DNA from: an uncultured bacterium
Lineage (GTDB): Bacteria > Patescibacteriota > Patescibacteriia > UBA9570 > XYC2-FULL-38-9
Direction: 5' to 3'
Length of the DNA stretch: 64,000 bases
NCBI GenBank assembly: GCA_937996685.1
Contig: CALKUP010000002.1
Location: forward strand, 23,003-87,002
The notes beneath the pieces were generated by a model. The model ran no database searches. It saw only the letters and a program-made list of their open reading frames with translations, and was not told where the DNA came from. The position numbers and the translations under genes were made by a program. This document shows, one piece after another, positions 1-8,958 of the stretch. The stretch's first letter is position 1; each line of letters begins with the position of its first letter.

Positions 1-90
1 TCTAACAGATGATCCGGGACTTGTTGAGTGCAAGCAGGGGAAAAAGACAGTAGTACTGAAAACAGAATTTTTAAAAAAACGATAATCTAT

Positions 91-171
91 ATGGCCAAAG
101 GAGAACATCGCGACCAAAAGAATAAAAACGTCAAAAAGAAAAAACAAGAGAAAAAAAAGACAGCGAAGTAG
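91..171 (+). CDS. Possible 26-aa Lys-rich micropeptide (MAKGEHRDQKNKNVKKKKQEKKKTAK)
   Basis: ATG at 91 in ctatATG context as for other genes here; open to TAG at 171; below ORF-track cutoff. Confidence 0.35.
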   Translation: MAKGEHRDQKNKNVKKKKQEKKKTAK

Positions 172-182
172 CTGTCTTTTTT
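153..182. terminator. Intrinsic terminator, probably bidirectional
   Basis: AAAAAAGACAGC-gaagta-GCTGTCTTTTTT hairpin. Confidence 0.7.
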
Positions 183-224
183 ACTATATTGACATTCGGT
201 TTTTTATCGGTTATGAATAGTAGT

Positions 225-740
225 ATGAAAAATAATTACGCGTTTATTGATGGACAAAATTTATACATGGGAACTGCTCGACGCCAGATAGATCCATGGA
301 AAATTGATTTGTCACGATTCCGTATTTATTTAGATCAAAAATATCAAGTAAAAAAGGCATTTTATTTTTTAGGGTTTTTAGAAGAATCTCAAGAATCCTT
401 ATATGAGGCGATTCAAGCCGCAGGGTTTATTTTGGTATTTCGCGAGCACACTTCCTTAATGCTAGGTAAGAAAAAAGGGAATGTTGATTCGGATTTGATT
501 TTGCACATCATGAAAAAACTGTACTATAAAGAGTCTTTTGATAAAGTCATTTTGGTTTCTGGTGATGGTGACTATAAACAGCTGGTGGACTTTTTGATTT
601 CTGAAGAAAAACTTGAAAAAGTATTGTTTCCTGACGGACAAAGAGCCTCTTCTTTATATAAAAAATTGGGAGCCCCAGCATTTGCTGCCTTGGATGTGCC
701 AGATGTGAGAAAAAAGATAGAAATGAAAAAGGCTCCTTAG
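225..740 (+). CDS. NYN-domain (LabA/DUF88, PIN-like) ribonuclease
   Basis: FIDGQN, KGNVDSD and SGDGDY motifs intact; ATG 225 chosen downstream of TTGACA at 189. Confidence 0.9.
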   Translation: MKNNYAFIDGQNLYMGTARRQIDPWKIDLSRFRIYLDQKYQVKKAFYFLGFLEESQESLYEAIQAAGFILVFREHTSLMLGKKKGNVDSDLILHIMKKLYYKESFDKVILVSGDGDYKQLVDFLISEEKLEKVLFPDGQRASSLYKKLGAPAFAALDVPDVRKKIEMKKAP

Positions 741-775
741 GCAGTTAGCCGTTCGGAACCTTCTTCGTCGTAATG
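724..775 (-). ncRNA. Putative ~50-nt small RNA antisense to the NYN gene 3' end
   Basis: Minus-strand TTGATT (808-803) and TGcTATAGT (789-781); nested hairpin AAGGUUCC/GGAGCCUU followed by U-tract. Confidence 0.45.
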
Positions 776-833
776 GGGATACTATAGCACAATCATGAAA
801 AAAATCAAGAGCTATTGATATCCAGGCTCTTTT

Positions 834-2294
834 TTACAACAACGTACTTAAATCAAGGGTTTGAGTAATTTTCAGTTGATCAACAAATTCCTGATCATGA
901 CAGACAACAACAATCGCGCCTTCATAGTTGTTTAAGGCTTCAGCGATTACTGGGAGATGACGGAAGTTGATGTGATTGGTTGGCTCGTCCAAAATAAGTA
1001 GGCCTGGTTCTTGCAAAACAAATCGTGCGTAACTGAGCAAGGCTTTTTGACCTTCTGACAGCGCGCCAATTGGTGTGTGCAGCGCATCGCCCTTTAACAA
1101 AAATTGTGCAGCAGTTTGGAATAATTCTTGTTCACCGCCACGGACTTGAATGGCTTGCAGTTCAGCAAATGCAGTGCTGTCAAAATCAAGGCCAGAAAAA
1201 TCTTGTCGATAATAGCCTTCGCGAATCCCTTCGACAATTTCCATGCCAGCCTCTGTCGCGTTCGCAAGCGCTTCCAATAAAGTTGTTTTTCCGATGCCGT
1301 TTGGTCCAGTGATGTGGAGCATGTCGCCACGACGTAATGTGATGTCGACTTTTTTCTCACGACGTTCATGGTTGACAATGATACCAACGGAGTTCAAATG
1401 GAGAATTGGATTGACCGCGTCTTCTTGGACTGGAATCGTAAATGATCGAATCGTTTTATCTTCTTGGCGAACGCTGACCATGGCCTCTTCACTTTCCTCA
1501 ATTTCATCACGCAACTTACTCGCGAGTTTACGCATTTTACCCCCTTTATTTGAAAAGAAGTTGACTTTGTCTTTGCGATCTTGAATAGTCTTTTTTAATT
1601 GCGCATTTTTTCGCTCTTCACGTTCAATTTGCGCACTAATTTCTTCGACAACGTCAAAGTAATCACCGACGTATTGTTGGGTTTTGTGAGAATAGGAATC
1701 TAGGTGAATGACGGCGTCCGTAAAAGTGTTCAAAAAAGACGCATCATGGGAAATGACAATCACCGTTTTTTCGTAGCCAAGCAAGAAAGCGATTAAGTGA
1801 TTAATGCCATCTTCATCTAAATTATTTGTTGGCTCGTCTAATAGCAGGATGTCTGGGTTTTGCACTAATGCATAGGCAAGCAAGAGACGGGCTTGTTGAC
1901 CGCCGGACAGTTTTCCGACAAGCCAGTCGAGTGGGAGATTGAGGTTGACTGCTTCAAAAACTTTTGCGATCCGTCGATCAAGATCATAAATCGTTTCACC
2001 TTCAAATGCGCGGGCGAAAAAATCAGAAATTGAAAGCTCGAGGCAGTCTCGCGGTACAACTTGCAGGGCAATGCCGATGCTTGCACCGTCATCAATATGC
2101 ATCACTCCGGATTCTGGCTTGAGCTCGCCAGTCATTAATTTGAAAATGGTACTCTTTCCAGCTCCATTTTGCCCCATGATCGTGACTTTGCTGTTTTTGC
2201 GAACACTAAAGCTGGCTTCATCGAGGATGACCTTTTTTTCACCGTATTTATAGGTGACGTTGTTGAATCGGATGGCGATGGCGTTGTTAGACAT
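834..2294 (-). CDS. ABC-F family ATPase (ribosome-associated)
   Basis: Two NBDs (GQNGAGKS, LSGGQ, LLLDEPTNNLD; GPNGIGKT, LDEPTNHI) with coiled linker, no TM segments. Confidence 0.93.
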   Translation of the reverse strand: MSNNAIAIRFNNVTYKYGEKKVILDEASFSVRKNSKVTIMGQNGAGKSTIFKLMTGELKPESGVMHIDDGASIGIALQVVPRDCLELSISDFFARAFEGETIYDLDRRIAKVFEAVNLNLPLDWLVGKLSGGQQARLLLAYALVQNPDILLLDEPTNNLDEDGINHLIAFLLGYEKTVIVISHDASFLNTFTDAVIHLDSYSHKTQQYVGDYFDVVEEISAQIEREERKNAQLKKTIQDRKDKVNFFSNKGGKMRKLASKLRDEIEESEEAMVSVRQEDKTIRSFTIPVQEDAVNPILHLNSVGIIVNHERREKKVDITLRRGDMLHITGPNGIGKTTLLEALANATEAGMEIVEGIREGYYRQDFSGLDFDSTAFAELQAIQVRGGEQELFQTAAQFLLKGDALHTPIGALSEGQKALLSYARFVLQEPGLLILDEPTNHINFRHLPVIAEALNNYEGAIVVVCHDQEFVDQLKITQTLDLSTLL

Positions 2295-2315
2295 GAAAAA
2301 AAATTAATGCGGAAT

Positions 2316-2391
2316 AAAAACTGCCCATGCATACAAGCGAAATACAGGCAGAGAACTGACGTATCATACTGATTTTTTAGGAAAGAGTCAA
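2316..2391 (-). promoter_or_regulatory. Sigma70 promoter and hairpin leader of the ABC-F gene
   Basis: TTGACT-N17-TATGAT (2391-2363); CUGCC...GGCAG-UUUUU hairpin in the 5' UTR. Confidence 0.55.
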
Positions 2392-2484
2392 TGTTCTGTG
2401 TGCTTCATAAAACAAACATACAAAAATAGTGTATACTCTATGGTAGGTACGTTAAATAAAAAAATAAGTAACATATGAGGAGTT

Positions 2485-3267
2485 ATGTCAAAAAAAATAC
2501 CAGAGTCTAAAAAGTTTACAAATTTACGTCCTTGGAATATTACGATGTTTTTCTTGCATGCGATTCAAGCGGGTCTCATGTTCGTGCTCAGTAGTGATTT
2601 TTCATTACCGCTGACAACATTGTTTGTGGAATTCGATCCAAAGACAATGATGTTGGGGCAAAACCTCGCAGAACTTGGCATGGTCCGCGTCGGGCCGCTG
2701 GTTGCAGGTTTTCTGGCGTTGTCTGCGCTGGCGCATTTATTGGTTTCATTGCCAGGAATTTTTCAGTGGTATGTTCGCAATCTCAAAAAAGGAGCGAACT
2801 ATGCGCGTTGGATTGAGTACTCTCTCAGTTCTTCATTGATGATCGTTGTTATTGCGATGCTGACTGGAATGTATGACGCAATTAGTTTGGCGCTCATGTT
2901 CTCACTCAACGCGATGATGATTTTGTTTGGTTGGATGATGGAACTCCATAATCAATCAACAAAGAAAACAGATTGGACATCCTACATTTTTGGATGTATT
3001 GCTGGAATTGTCCCATGGATTGCGATTGCGTGTTATCTCGCATTTGCAGGCGAAGGGGATTTCAAAGCGCCAACATTCGTGTATTGGTTATTCTTCTCAA
3101 TGTTCGTGTTCTTTAACACTTTTGCAGTCAACATGATCTTGCAATACAAAAAGGTTGGTAAATGGAGTGATTACACATATGGTGAAAAAATGTACATTAT
3201 CTTAAGTCTGCTTGCGAAAACAGCACTTGCGTGGCAAGTCTGGGCCGGAACACTGCGCCCTGTATAA
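2485..3267 (+). CDS. Heliorhodopsin
   Basis: 7 TM; WN...LHAIQ, NYARWIEYSLSSSLM, E..YIILSLLAKTALAWQ (retinal-binding Lys). Confidence 0.95.
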   Translation: MSKKIPESKKFTNLRPWNITMFFLHAIQAGLMFVLSSDFSLPLTTLFVEFDPKTMMLGQNLAELGMVRVGPLVAGFLALSALAHLLVSLPGIFQWYVRNLKKGANYARWIEYSLSSSLMIVVIAMLTGMYDAISLALMFSLNAMMILFGWMMELHNQSTKKTDWTSYIFGCIAGIVPWIAIACYLAFAGEGDFKAPTFVYWLFFSMFVFFNTFAVNMILQYKKVGKWSDYTYGEKMYIILSLLAKTALAWQVWAGTLRPV

Positions 3268-3293
3268 AAAAAGTCACATACAACCACGGAATG

Positions 3294-3318
3294 AAAAAGG
3301 CGCGTTTTGCGCTTTTTT
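3294..3318 (+). terminator. Intrinsic terminator after heliorhodopsin
   Basis: AAAAAGGCGC-gtttt-GCGCTTTTTT. Confidence 0.65.
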
Positions 3319-3366
3319 CTATACGAAACAGCAGAAGTGTAGTACAGTGATTTGACGATATTACGT

Positions 3367-5172
3367 ATGAAAAAGAATACATCTACTCCAACAAAAACCG
3401 CAGACACAGCCCTTGCAAAGGATGAGGCTGAATCAAAAGATGCGCCAAATACACCGCCAGAAAAAAAGCAATCAAGCGTGTTTGTTTTATTGGCACCATA
3501 TAAAAAACAGCTGTCATTGCTTGTCGTAGTCGCCTTGGCGATTAATGCATTAGCACTTGTGTTGCCAAAAATTGTATCACACGCGATTGATGATTTTGGG
3601 CGTGGGCAGTTTGATTCACAGCAAGCAAGTATTTTGTTTTTATCGGTTGTGACGACGATTTTCGCGTTAACCTATATTCAAAGTATTTTGCAAACACTTG
3701 CGTCCGAGCGCGTTGGCCGTGATTTGCGTGACCAGCTCTCAGCAAAAATTTCAGAGCAAACCTATGCAACCATTCAAGAGTTAACACCAGCTAAGCTCCT
3801 GACAAACTTAACCTCTGATATTGATTCAATCAAAACATTTGTTGCGCAAGCGCTGGTATCGATGGTCGCATCTGTTGTGACGATTATTGGAGCGAGTGTA
3901 TTATTATTGTCTATTAACTGGCGACTCGCGCTGGCGGTTCTGGCAATTTTGCCAATTATTGCTGGAGTGTTTTTCTTTGTGCTTTCAAAAGTCCGAAAGT
4001 TGTTTGTCCAAACGCGTGAAGTGATTGATTGGCTCAATCGAGTGATTAATGAAAGTATTCTTGGCTCAGCATTGATTCGTGTCTTGAATTCGCAAACACT
4101 CGAGCAAACAAAATTTTTAACAGCCAATGAAAAGGCGAAAAGTTTAGGTCTTGATATTTTGCGGATGTTTGCCGCGATGATCCCGATTATCACCTTTGTT
4201 GCAAATAGCGCGACAGTCATTATTTTGGCGCTTGGTGGTCATTTTGTGATTACTGGCACAATGACACTTGGTGATTTTGCAGCCTTTAATAGTTACTTGA
4301 GTACACTCATCTTCCCAATTTTTGTGATCGGATTTATGAGTAATGTGATCGCGCAGGCGACTGCATCATACGGCCGCATTATGCTGGTATTAGAAGCGCC
4401 GCAAGCGGTTGAGACAGGCGAGCGGCAAGAAACCTTGCGCGGTGATGTTGCGTTTTCTGATGTGTCGGTGGTGTATGGTGAAAAATCGGTTGTGAAAAAT
4501 GTGTCATTTCAGGTTGCTGCTGGAACTAAGACCGCGATTATCGGCCCGACAGCTGGCGGGAAAACGCAGTTGCTCTATTTATTAACCGGATTAATTGAAC
4601 CGCAGTCAGGGGTTGTGTCTTATGATGGGCATCCGATTGCGGAGTACAACACAGCAGCGTTGCGTCGACAAGTTGGGGTTGTGTTTCAAGACAGTATCGT
4701 CTTTCAATTGCCGATCGCAGAAAATATTGCATTTGCAGACACAGTGACAGATGAGGACATGCAAAAAGCGATTGAAACAGCTGAGTTGTCTGATTTTATT
4801 GCAACGCTTCCAGATGGATTGCAAACAGAAGTCTCAGAGCGGGGAACGTCGCTCTCTGGCGGACAAAAACAACGCATGATGCTCGCTCGTGCACTGGCAC
4901 TCAATCCACGTGTATTGTTGCTTGATGACTTTACTGCCAGAGTTGATGCGCGGACAGAAAAAAAGATTCTTGAAAATATTGAAAAAAATTATCCGGACGT
5001 GACATTGATTTCCGTCACGCAAAAAATCGGCTCGATTGAAAAATATGATCAAATTGTGGTGTTGATGGAAGGCGAAGTGCTCGGCACAGGCACGCATCAA
5101 GAACTCTTGCAAACATCACCAGAATACGTGCAAATTTACGATTCCCAACAAAGTACACACGCATATGAATAA
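3367..5172 (+). CDS. Heterodimeric ABC exporter subunit (TMD+NBD, degenerate site)
   Basis: 6 TM plus GPTAGGKT, LSGGQ, degenerate Walker B LLLDD and Q in place of the H-switch. Confidence 0.9.
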   Translation: MKKNTSTPTKTADTALAKDEAESKDAPNTPPEKKQSSVFVLLAPYKKQLSLLVVVALAINALALVLPKIVSHAIDDFGRGQFDSQQASILFLSVVTTIFALTYIQSILQTLASERVGRDLRDQLSAKISEQTYATIQELTPAKLLTNLTSDIDSIKTFVAQALVSMVASVVTIIGASVLLLSINWRLALAVLAILPIIAGVFFFVLSKVRKLFVQTREVIDWLNRVINESILGSALIRVLNSQTLEQTKFLTANEKAKSLGLDILRMFAAMIPIITFVANSATVIILALGGHFVITGTMTLGDFAAFNSYLSTLIFPIFVIGFMSNVIAQATASYGRIMLVLEAPQAVETGERQETLRGDVAFSDVSVVYGEKSVVKNVSFQVAAGTKTAIIGPTAGGKTQLLYLLTGLIEPQSGVVSYDGHPIAEYNTAALRRQVGVVFQDSIVFQLPIAENIAFADTVTDEDMQKAIETAELSDFIATLPDGLQTEVSERGTSLSGGQKQRMMLARALALNPRVLLLDDFTARVDARTEKKILENIEKNYPDVTLISVTQKIGSIEKYDQIVVLMEGEVLGTGTHQELLQTSPEYVQIYDSQQSTHAYE

Positions 5173-6940
5173 TTATCGATTAATAACAAATACAGACGAT
5201 GTTGCTGCGGGCAGTGCTTCGGCGGCGATGAAAAAAATGCGACCGTTAATGACCGGAGAAGGTCGCCAGCTCATTATTGCCGCAATTGCGATCGTGACAA
5301 ATTCAGGCCTGATGCTCGCAGGTCCTATTATTGTTGGTCGTGTTATCGACACCTATATCGTGACAAAAAACTTCACCGGTGTGTGGCAGTATTCATTGTT
5401 GTTGATCGGCATGTATCTTGTAGGACTTGTCGCAAGTTACGTTCAGACACGTGTCATGGGCGGCGTCTCTCAACGCGTGTTATTTCGATTGCGTAATAGT
5501 ATTTTTGATAAGTTGCAAGATTTACCTGTTGCATTTTTTCAACAAAATAAAGCCGGCGATTTGATTTCTCGTATTAACAATGACACAGACAAGCTTGGGC
5601 AATTTTTCTCTCAATCAATCATGCAGTTTATCGGTAATATTTTTATGATTATTGGGTCCGGAATTGCGGTGTTGTCCATTAATTGGCGTTTAGGTCTCGC
5701 GGCATTAGTGCCAGCGGCTGGGTTATTTATCATGACAAAGTTGCTTGGTCCATGGATCAAAAAACGTAACGCAATCAGTATGAAAAGTACTGGCGGGATG
5801 AGTGCCGAAATTCAAGAAAGTCTTGATCACTTTAAGGTGGTTGTTGCATTTAATCGTCGGGATTATTTTCGAAAATCATTTGCCGCTGCCAATGAAGAAA
5901 ACTATCATGCAGCAATTCGATCAGGGATTGCGAACAACACATTTACGCCAGTCTATGGATTTGCGTCTAACCTCGCGTTGTTGATTGTCTTGCTATACGG
6001 CTTTCATTTGATTACGGCTGGGATGTTTACATTCGGTTTATTGATTAGTTTTTTGACATACATCAATCGTTTTTATGACCCACTGCGACAAATGGCAGCT
6101 CTTTGGACGACGTTTCAAGTAGCGCTGGCAGGATGGGATCGCATCCATGCAATTTTAGAAATGGAAACAGATTTGGTTGTATTGCCAAGCGAAGAAGGTG
6201 TGCATGCAGAAGGTGTGCGGACTAGTCTAGTCGAGTTTCGCAACGTTCATTTTGGATACACTGATGAATCAGTGGTGTTGCAACAAGCCAATTTTGTGCT
6301 AGAAACTGGCAAGACATACGCGCTCGTCGGCCCGACAGGTGGGGGAAAAACCACAACAGCCTCATTGATGGCTCGTTTGTTTGATCCAACAGAAGGCACT
6401 ATTTTGTTGAATGGACGTGATTTACGAACCTATACAATTGAAGAGCGTTCACAGGCAATTGGATTCATTTTGCAAGAACCATTTTTGTTCAGCGGGACTG
6501 TTGGAGATAACGTTCGGTACGGCAATGAAGCCTATAGCAACATGACAAATGAAGAGCTTGTGCTTGAATTGAAAAAACAAAACTTAGACGCAGTGATTGA
6601 AAAATTTGACGAGGGTCTTGATACCGTGATTGAAAACGGGGGAGATTCAATGAGTCTTGGGCAAAAGCAGCTCATTGCATTTGTTCGAGCGTTGCTTCGT
6701 CAGCCGCAGCTGTTGATTCTTGATGAAGCAACAGCAAATATTGATACAGTGACAGAACAACTCTTAGAAGACATTTTGCGTAAGCTCCCGAAAACAACCA
6801 CTCGAGTGGTCATTGCGCATCGTTTGAACACGATCGCCGATGCAGATACTATTTTCTTCGTGAATGGCGGCACAATTACAGAAGCTGGTTCAATGGAAAA
6901 AGCCGTTGACATGCTCATGAACGGGAAACGGCAGAGTTAG
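5165..6940 (+). CDS. Heterodimeric ABC exporter subunit (TMD+NBD)
   Basis: GPTGGGKT, MSLGQ, LILDEAT, IAHRL; overlaps partner gene. Confidence 0.9.
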   Translation: MNNYRLITNTDDVAAGSASAAMKKMRPLMTGEGRQLIIAAIAIVTNSGLMLAGPIIVGRVIDTYIVTKNFTGVWQYSLLLIGMYLVGLVASYVQTRVMGGVSQRVLFRLRNSIFDKLQDLPVAFFQQNKAGDLISRINNDTDKLGQFFSQSIMQFIGNIFMIIGSGIAVLSINWRLGLAALVPAAGLFIMTKLLGPWIKKRNAISMKSTGGMSAEIQESLDHFKVVVAFNRRDYFRKSFAAANEENYHAAIRSGIANNTFTPVYGFASNLALLIVLLYGFHLITAGMFTFGLLISFLTYINRFYDPLRQMAALWTTFQVALAGWDRIHAILEMETDLVVLPSEEGVHAEGVRTSLVEFRNVHFGYTDESVVLQQANFVLETGKTYALVGPTGGGKTTTASLMARLFDPTEGTILLNGRDLRTYTIEERSQAIGFILQEPFLFSGTVGDNVRYGNEAYSNMTNEELVLELKKQNLDAVIEKFDEGLDTVIENGGDSMSLGQKQLIAFVRALLRQPQLLILDEATANIDTVTEQLLEDILRKLPKTTTRVVIAHRLNTIADADTIFFVNGGTITEAGSMEKAVDMLMNGKRQS

Positions 6941-7017
6941 GGATTGTAAGCTGGTGATCATCCATATGGCGTTTGTTTTGTTTGTGTGAGTTGGGGTTTT
7001 TGGATATACTGATTGTC

Positions 7018-8346
7018 ATGCGACAACCACAAAAAATCTTGAATATCATGCATATCGCTGATGCGCTCGTATTTGTGCTTGTTGGGTTTGCGATATTGCT
7101 ATGGGCGCTGGGAGTTGCAGATAATGATGTTTTTGCAACAACTCAAACAACCTTAACCGCTATCGGGCAAATACTCGGACTTTCTGGCATTGTCTTGTTC
7201 GCATTGAATTTGATTATTAGTGCGCGGTTTTTGTGGCTCGAGGCACTGTTCGGTGGCTTGAATCGGCTTTATATTCAACACAGTCGGTATGGGCAGTGGG
7301 CTTTTATTGCATTGCTGTTTCATCCGTTGACGTTGGTGTTTCAATATAGTGCCGGCTCATTTGTTCTCGCGATCAAGTTTTTATTGCCGAGCGATAATGT
7401 AGCGCTAACATTCGGCATTATCGGTTTGTATTCAATGATTGCCTTGATTGTGCTCACGCTTTACATTCGGCCGCAATATCATCTATGGAAGTTGTTGCAT
7501 AAATTATTTGGGGTTGCATTCTTTTTTGGCGGGCTGCATGTTTTATTGATTCCAAGTACACTCAGTCAATACGCCCCATTAAAAATCTACATTCTCACAA
7601 TTGTTGTACTTGGGTTATCTGCGTATGTGTACCGGAGTGTACTCGCGCAGTTTTTGGTGAAGCAATACCGCTACACGGTATTAAGTGTCACACCGTTGAA
7701 TGAGATGATTACGCGTGTGCTGTTGAAGCCGGTCGCTGCGCCGATGCAGTACCGGGCAGGACAGTTTTTGTTTATCCGTTTTATTGACCATGACATTTCT
7801 ACTGAAGCGCATCCATTTAGTATTGTGTCAGAGCCTGGTGCAGAATTTTTAGAAATCGCTGTAAAAAACAGTGGCGATTATACAGCGAGAATGAGTCAGT
7901 TGTCTTCAGGCTCCGAGGCGCTGCTTGAAGGTCCGTTTGGATATTTTTTCGTTTTAGATGGCGCTGTGCAAAAACAGGTTTGGATCGCCGGCGGTATTGG
8001 TATTACACCGTTTATTGGCCGAGTGCGATTGATGATGCACGCAGGACTTGCTGAAGGTGAGTCTGTTGATTTGTATTATTGCGTGCGCAATGAAGCAGAG
8101 GCAGTCTACCTCAACGAACTACGCGCTCTTGAACAGATGTATCCAGAACAATTTCGCGTAATTATATTCGCTTCCGAAACAGAAGGTCGTATTTCTGCAG
8201 AAACAATCGCACAGCGTTCCGGTGATCTATCTGAGGCTGATATTTTTGTGTGCGCACCGCCTGTTATGATTCAGTCATTGAAAAAACAATTTCGAGCAAT
8301 AGGTGTTTCAAAAAGCGCAATTCACTCCGAAGAATTTTCTTTATAA
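7018..8346 (+). CDS. Ferric reductase-like TM protein with FAD/NAD-binding domain
   Basis: TM His pairs, HPFSI, EGPFG, IAGGIGITPF, C-terminal HSEEF. Confidence 0.9.
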   Translation: MRQPQKILNIMHIADALVFVLVGFAILLWALGVADNDVFATTQTTLTAIGQILGLSGIVLFALNLIISARFLWLEALFGGLNRLYIQHSRYGQWAFIALLFHPLTLVFQYSAGSFVLAIKFLLPSDNVALTFGIIGLYSMIALIVLTLYIRPQYHLWKLLHKLFGVAFFFGGLHVLLIPSTLSQYAPLKIYILTIVVLGLSAYVYRSVLAQFLVKQYRYTVLSVTPLNEMITRVLLKPVAAPMQYRAGQFLFIRFIDHDISTEAHPFSIVSEPGAEFLEIAVKNSGDYTARMSQLSSGSEALLEGPFGYFFVLDGAVQKQVWIAGGIGITPFIGRVRLMMHAGLAEGESVDLYYCVRNEAEAVYLNELRALEQMYPEQFRVIIFASETEGRISAETIAQRSGDLSEADIFVCAPPVMIQSLKKQFRAIGVSKSAIHSEEFSL

Positions 8347-8349
8347 GAT

Positions 8350-8709
8350 ATGAAGTACATTACTCTCACAGCGATTATTCTGTTCGTCCTCACAGTTGGC
8401 ACCGTTGGATTGCTGAGCCTCTTGTTTCCAAATGCAACGTATGCGCCAGGGTCTTCAATAAATGGTAATCAAGCAGCACAATCAGTTTTTTCAGCTGCTG
8501 AGGTTGCGCAACATTCAACAACAACGGATTGTTATTTGATTGTGAAAGGTACCGTCTATGACGTCACGTCGTATATCGGGGGTCATCCAGGAGGCGCAGG
8601 AGAAATCACGAGTCGTTGCGGCGGAGAAGTGACGAGTATCTTTACGTCTATTCATTCAAACGCTGCCTGGAACCTCCTTGGGAAATACGCTATCGGAACA
8701 GTGCAGTAA
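8350..8709 (+). CDS. Membrane-anchored cytochrome b5-like heme-binding protein
   Basis: N-terminal TM; EVAQH..DCY...VYDVT.Y...HPGG and second His (IHS). Confidence 0.9.
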   Translation: MKYITLTAIILFVLTVGTVGLLSLLFPNATYAPGSSINGNQAAQSVFSAAEVAQHSTTTDCYLIVKGTVYDVTSYIGGHPGGAGEITSRCGGEVTSIFTSIHSNAAWNLLGKYAIGTVQ

Positions 8710-8749
8710 TCGAGATATTCACAGAAGGTGAATAGAAAAAATATTCGAA

Positions 8750-8781
8750 AAACCTCCTATATCGTGGAGGTTTATTTTTTT
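8750..8781 (+). terminator. Intrinsic terminator
   Basis: AAACCTCC/GGAGGTTT hairpin followed by T-tract. Confidence 0.65.
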
Positions 8782-8783
8782 GA

Positions 8784-8799
8784 CCACTAGATGTAGTGG
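8784..8799. promoter_or_regulatory. NrdR box 1
   Basis: CCACTAGATGTAGTGG palindrome resembling the NrdR consensus, upstream of the RNR gene. Confidence 0.75.
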
Positions 8800-8821
8800 T
8801 TGTCCGCACCTCATCCACCTA

Positions 8822-8830
8822 TTATCCACA
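8822..8830 (+). promoter_or_regulatory. DnaA box
   Basis: Perfect TTATCCACA, preceded by degenerate TTGTCCGCA (8800) and TCATCCACC (8811). Confidence 0.6.
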
Positions 8831-8901
8831 TTTTCGGTACATTGAATCTATGCTAGAATAAGGGTCAATCTAAGTCCCGCAGAATCGTGCACAGATTCTT
8901 C

Positions 8902-8917
8902 CAACTAGATGTAGTGG
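8902..8917. promoter_or_regulatory. NrdR box 2
   Basis: CAACTAGATGTAGTGG; shares 16-bp ACTAGATGTAGTGGTT with box 1. Confidence 0.75.
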
Positions 8918-8958
8918 TTATAAACTAAAATGAATACAATAGAGCTTCTTTAACGCCT

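Noticed and set aside
3367-6940. Degenerate Walker B and H-switch as a sign of pseudogenisation
   Set aside because: Normal asymmetry of heterodimeric ABC exporters.
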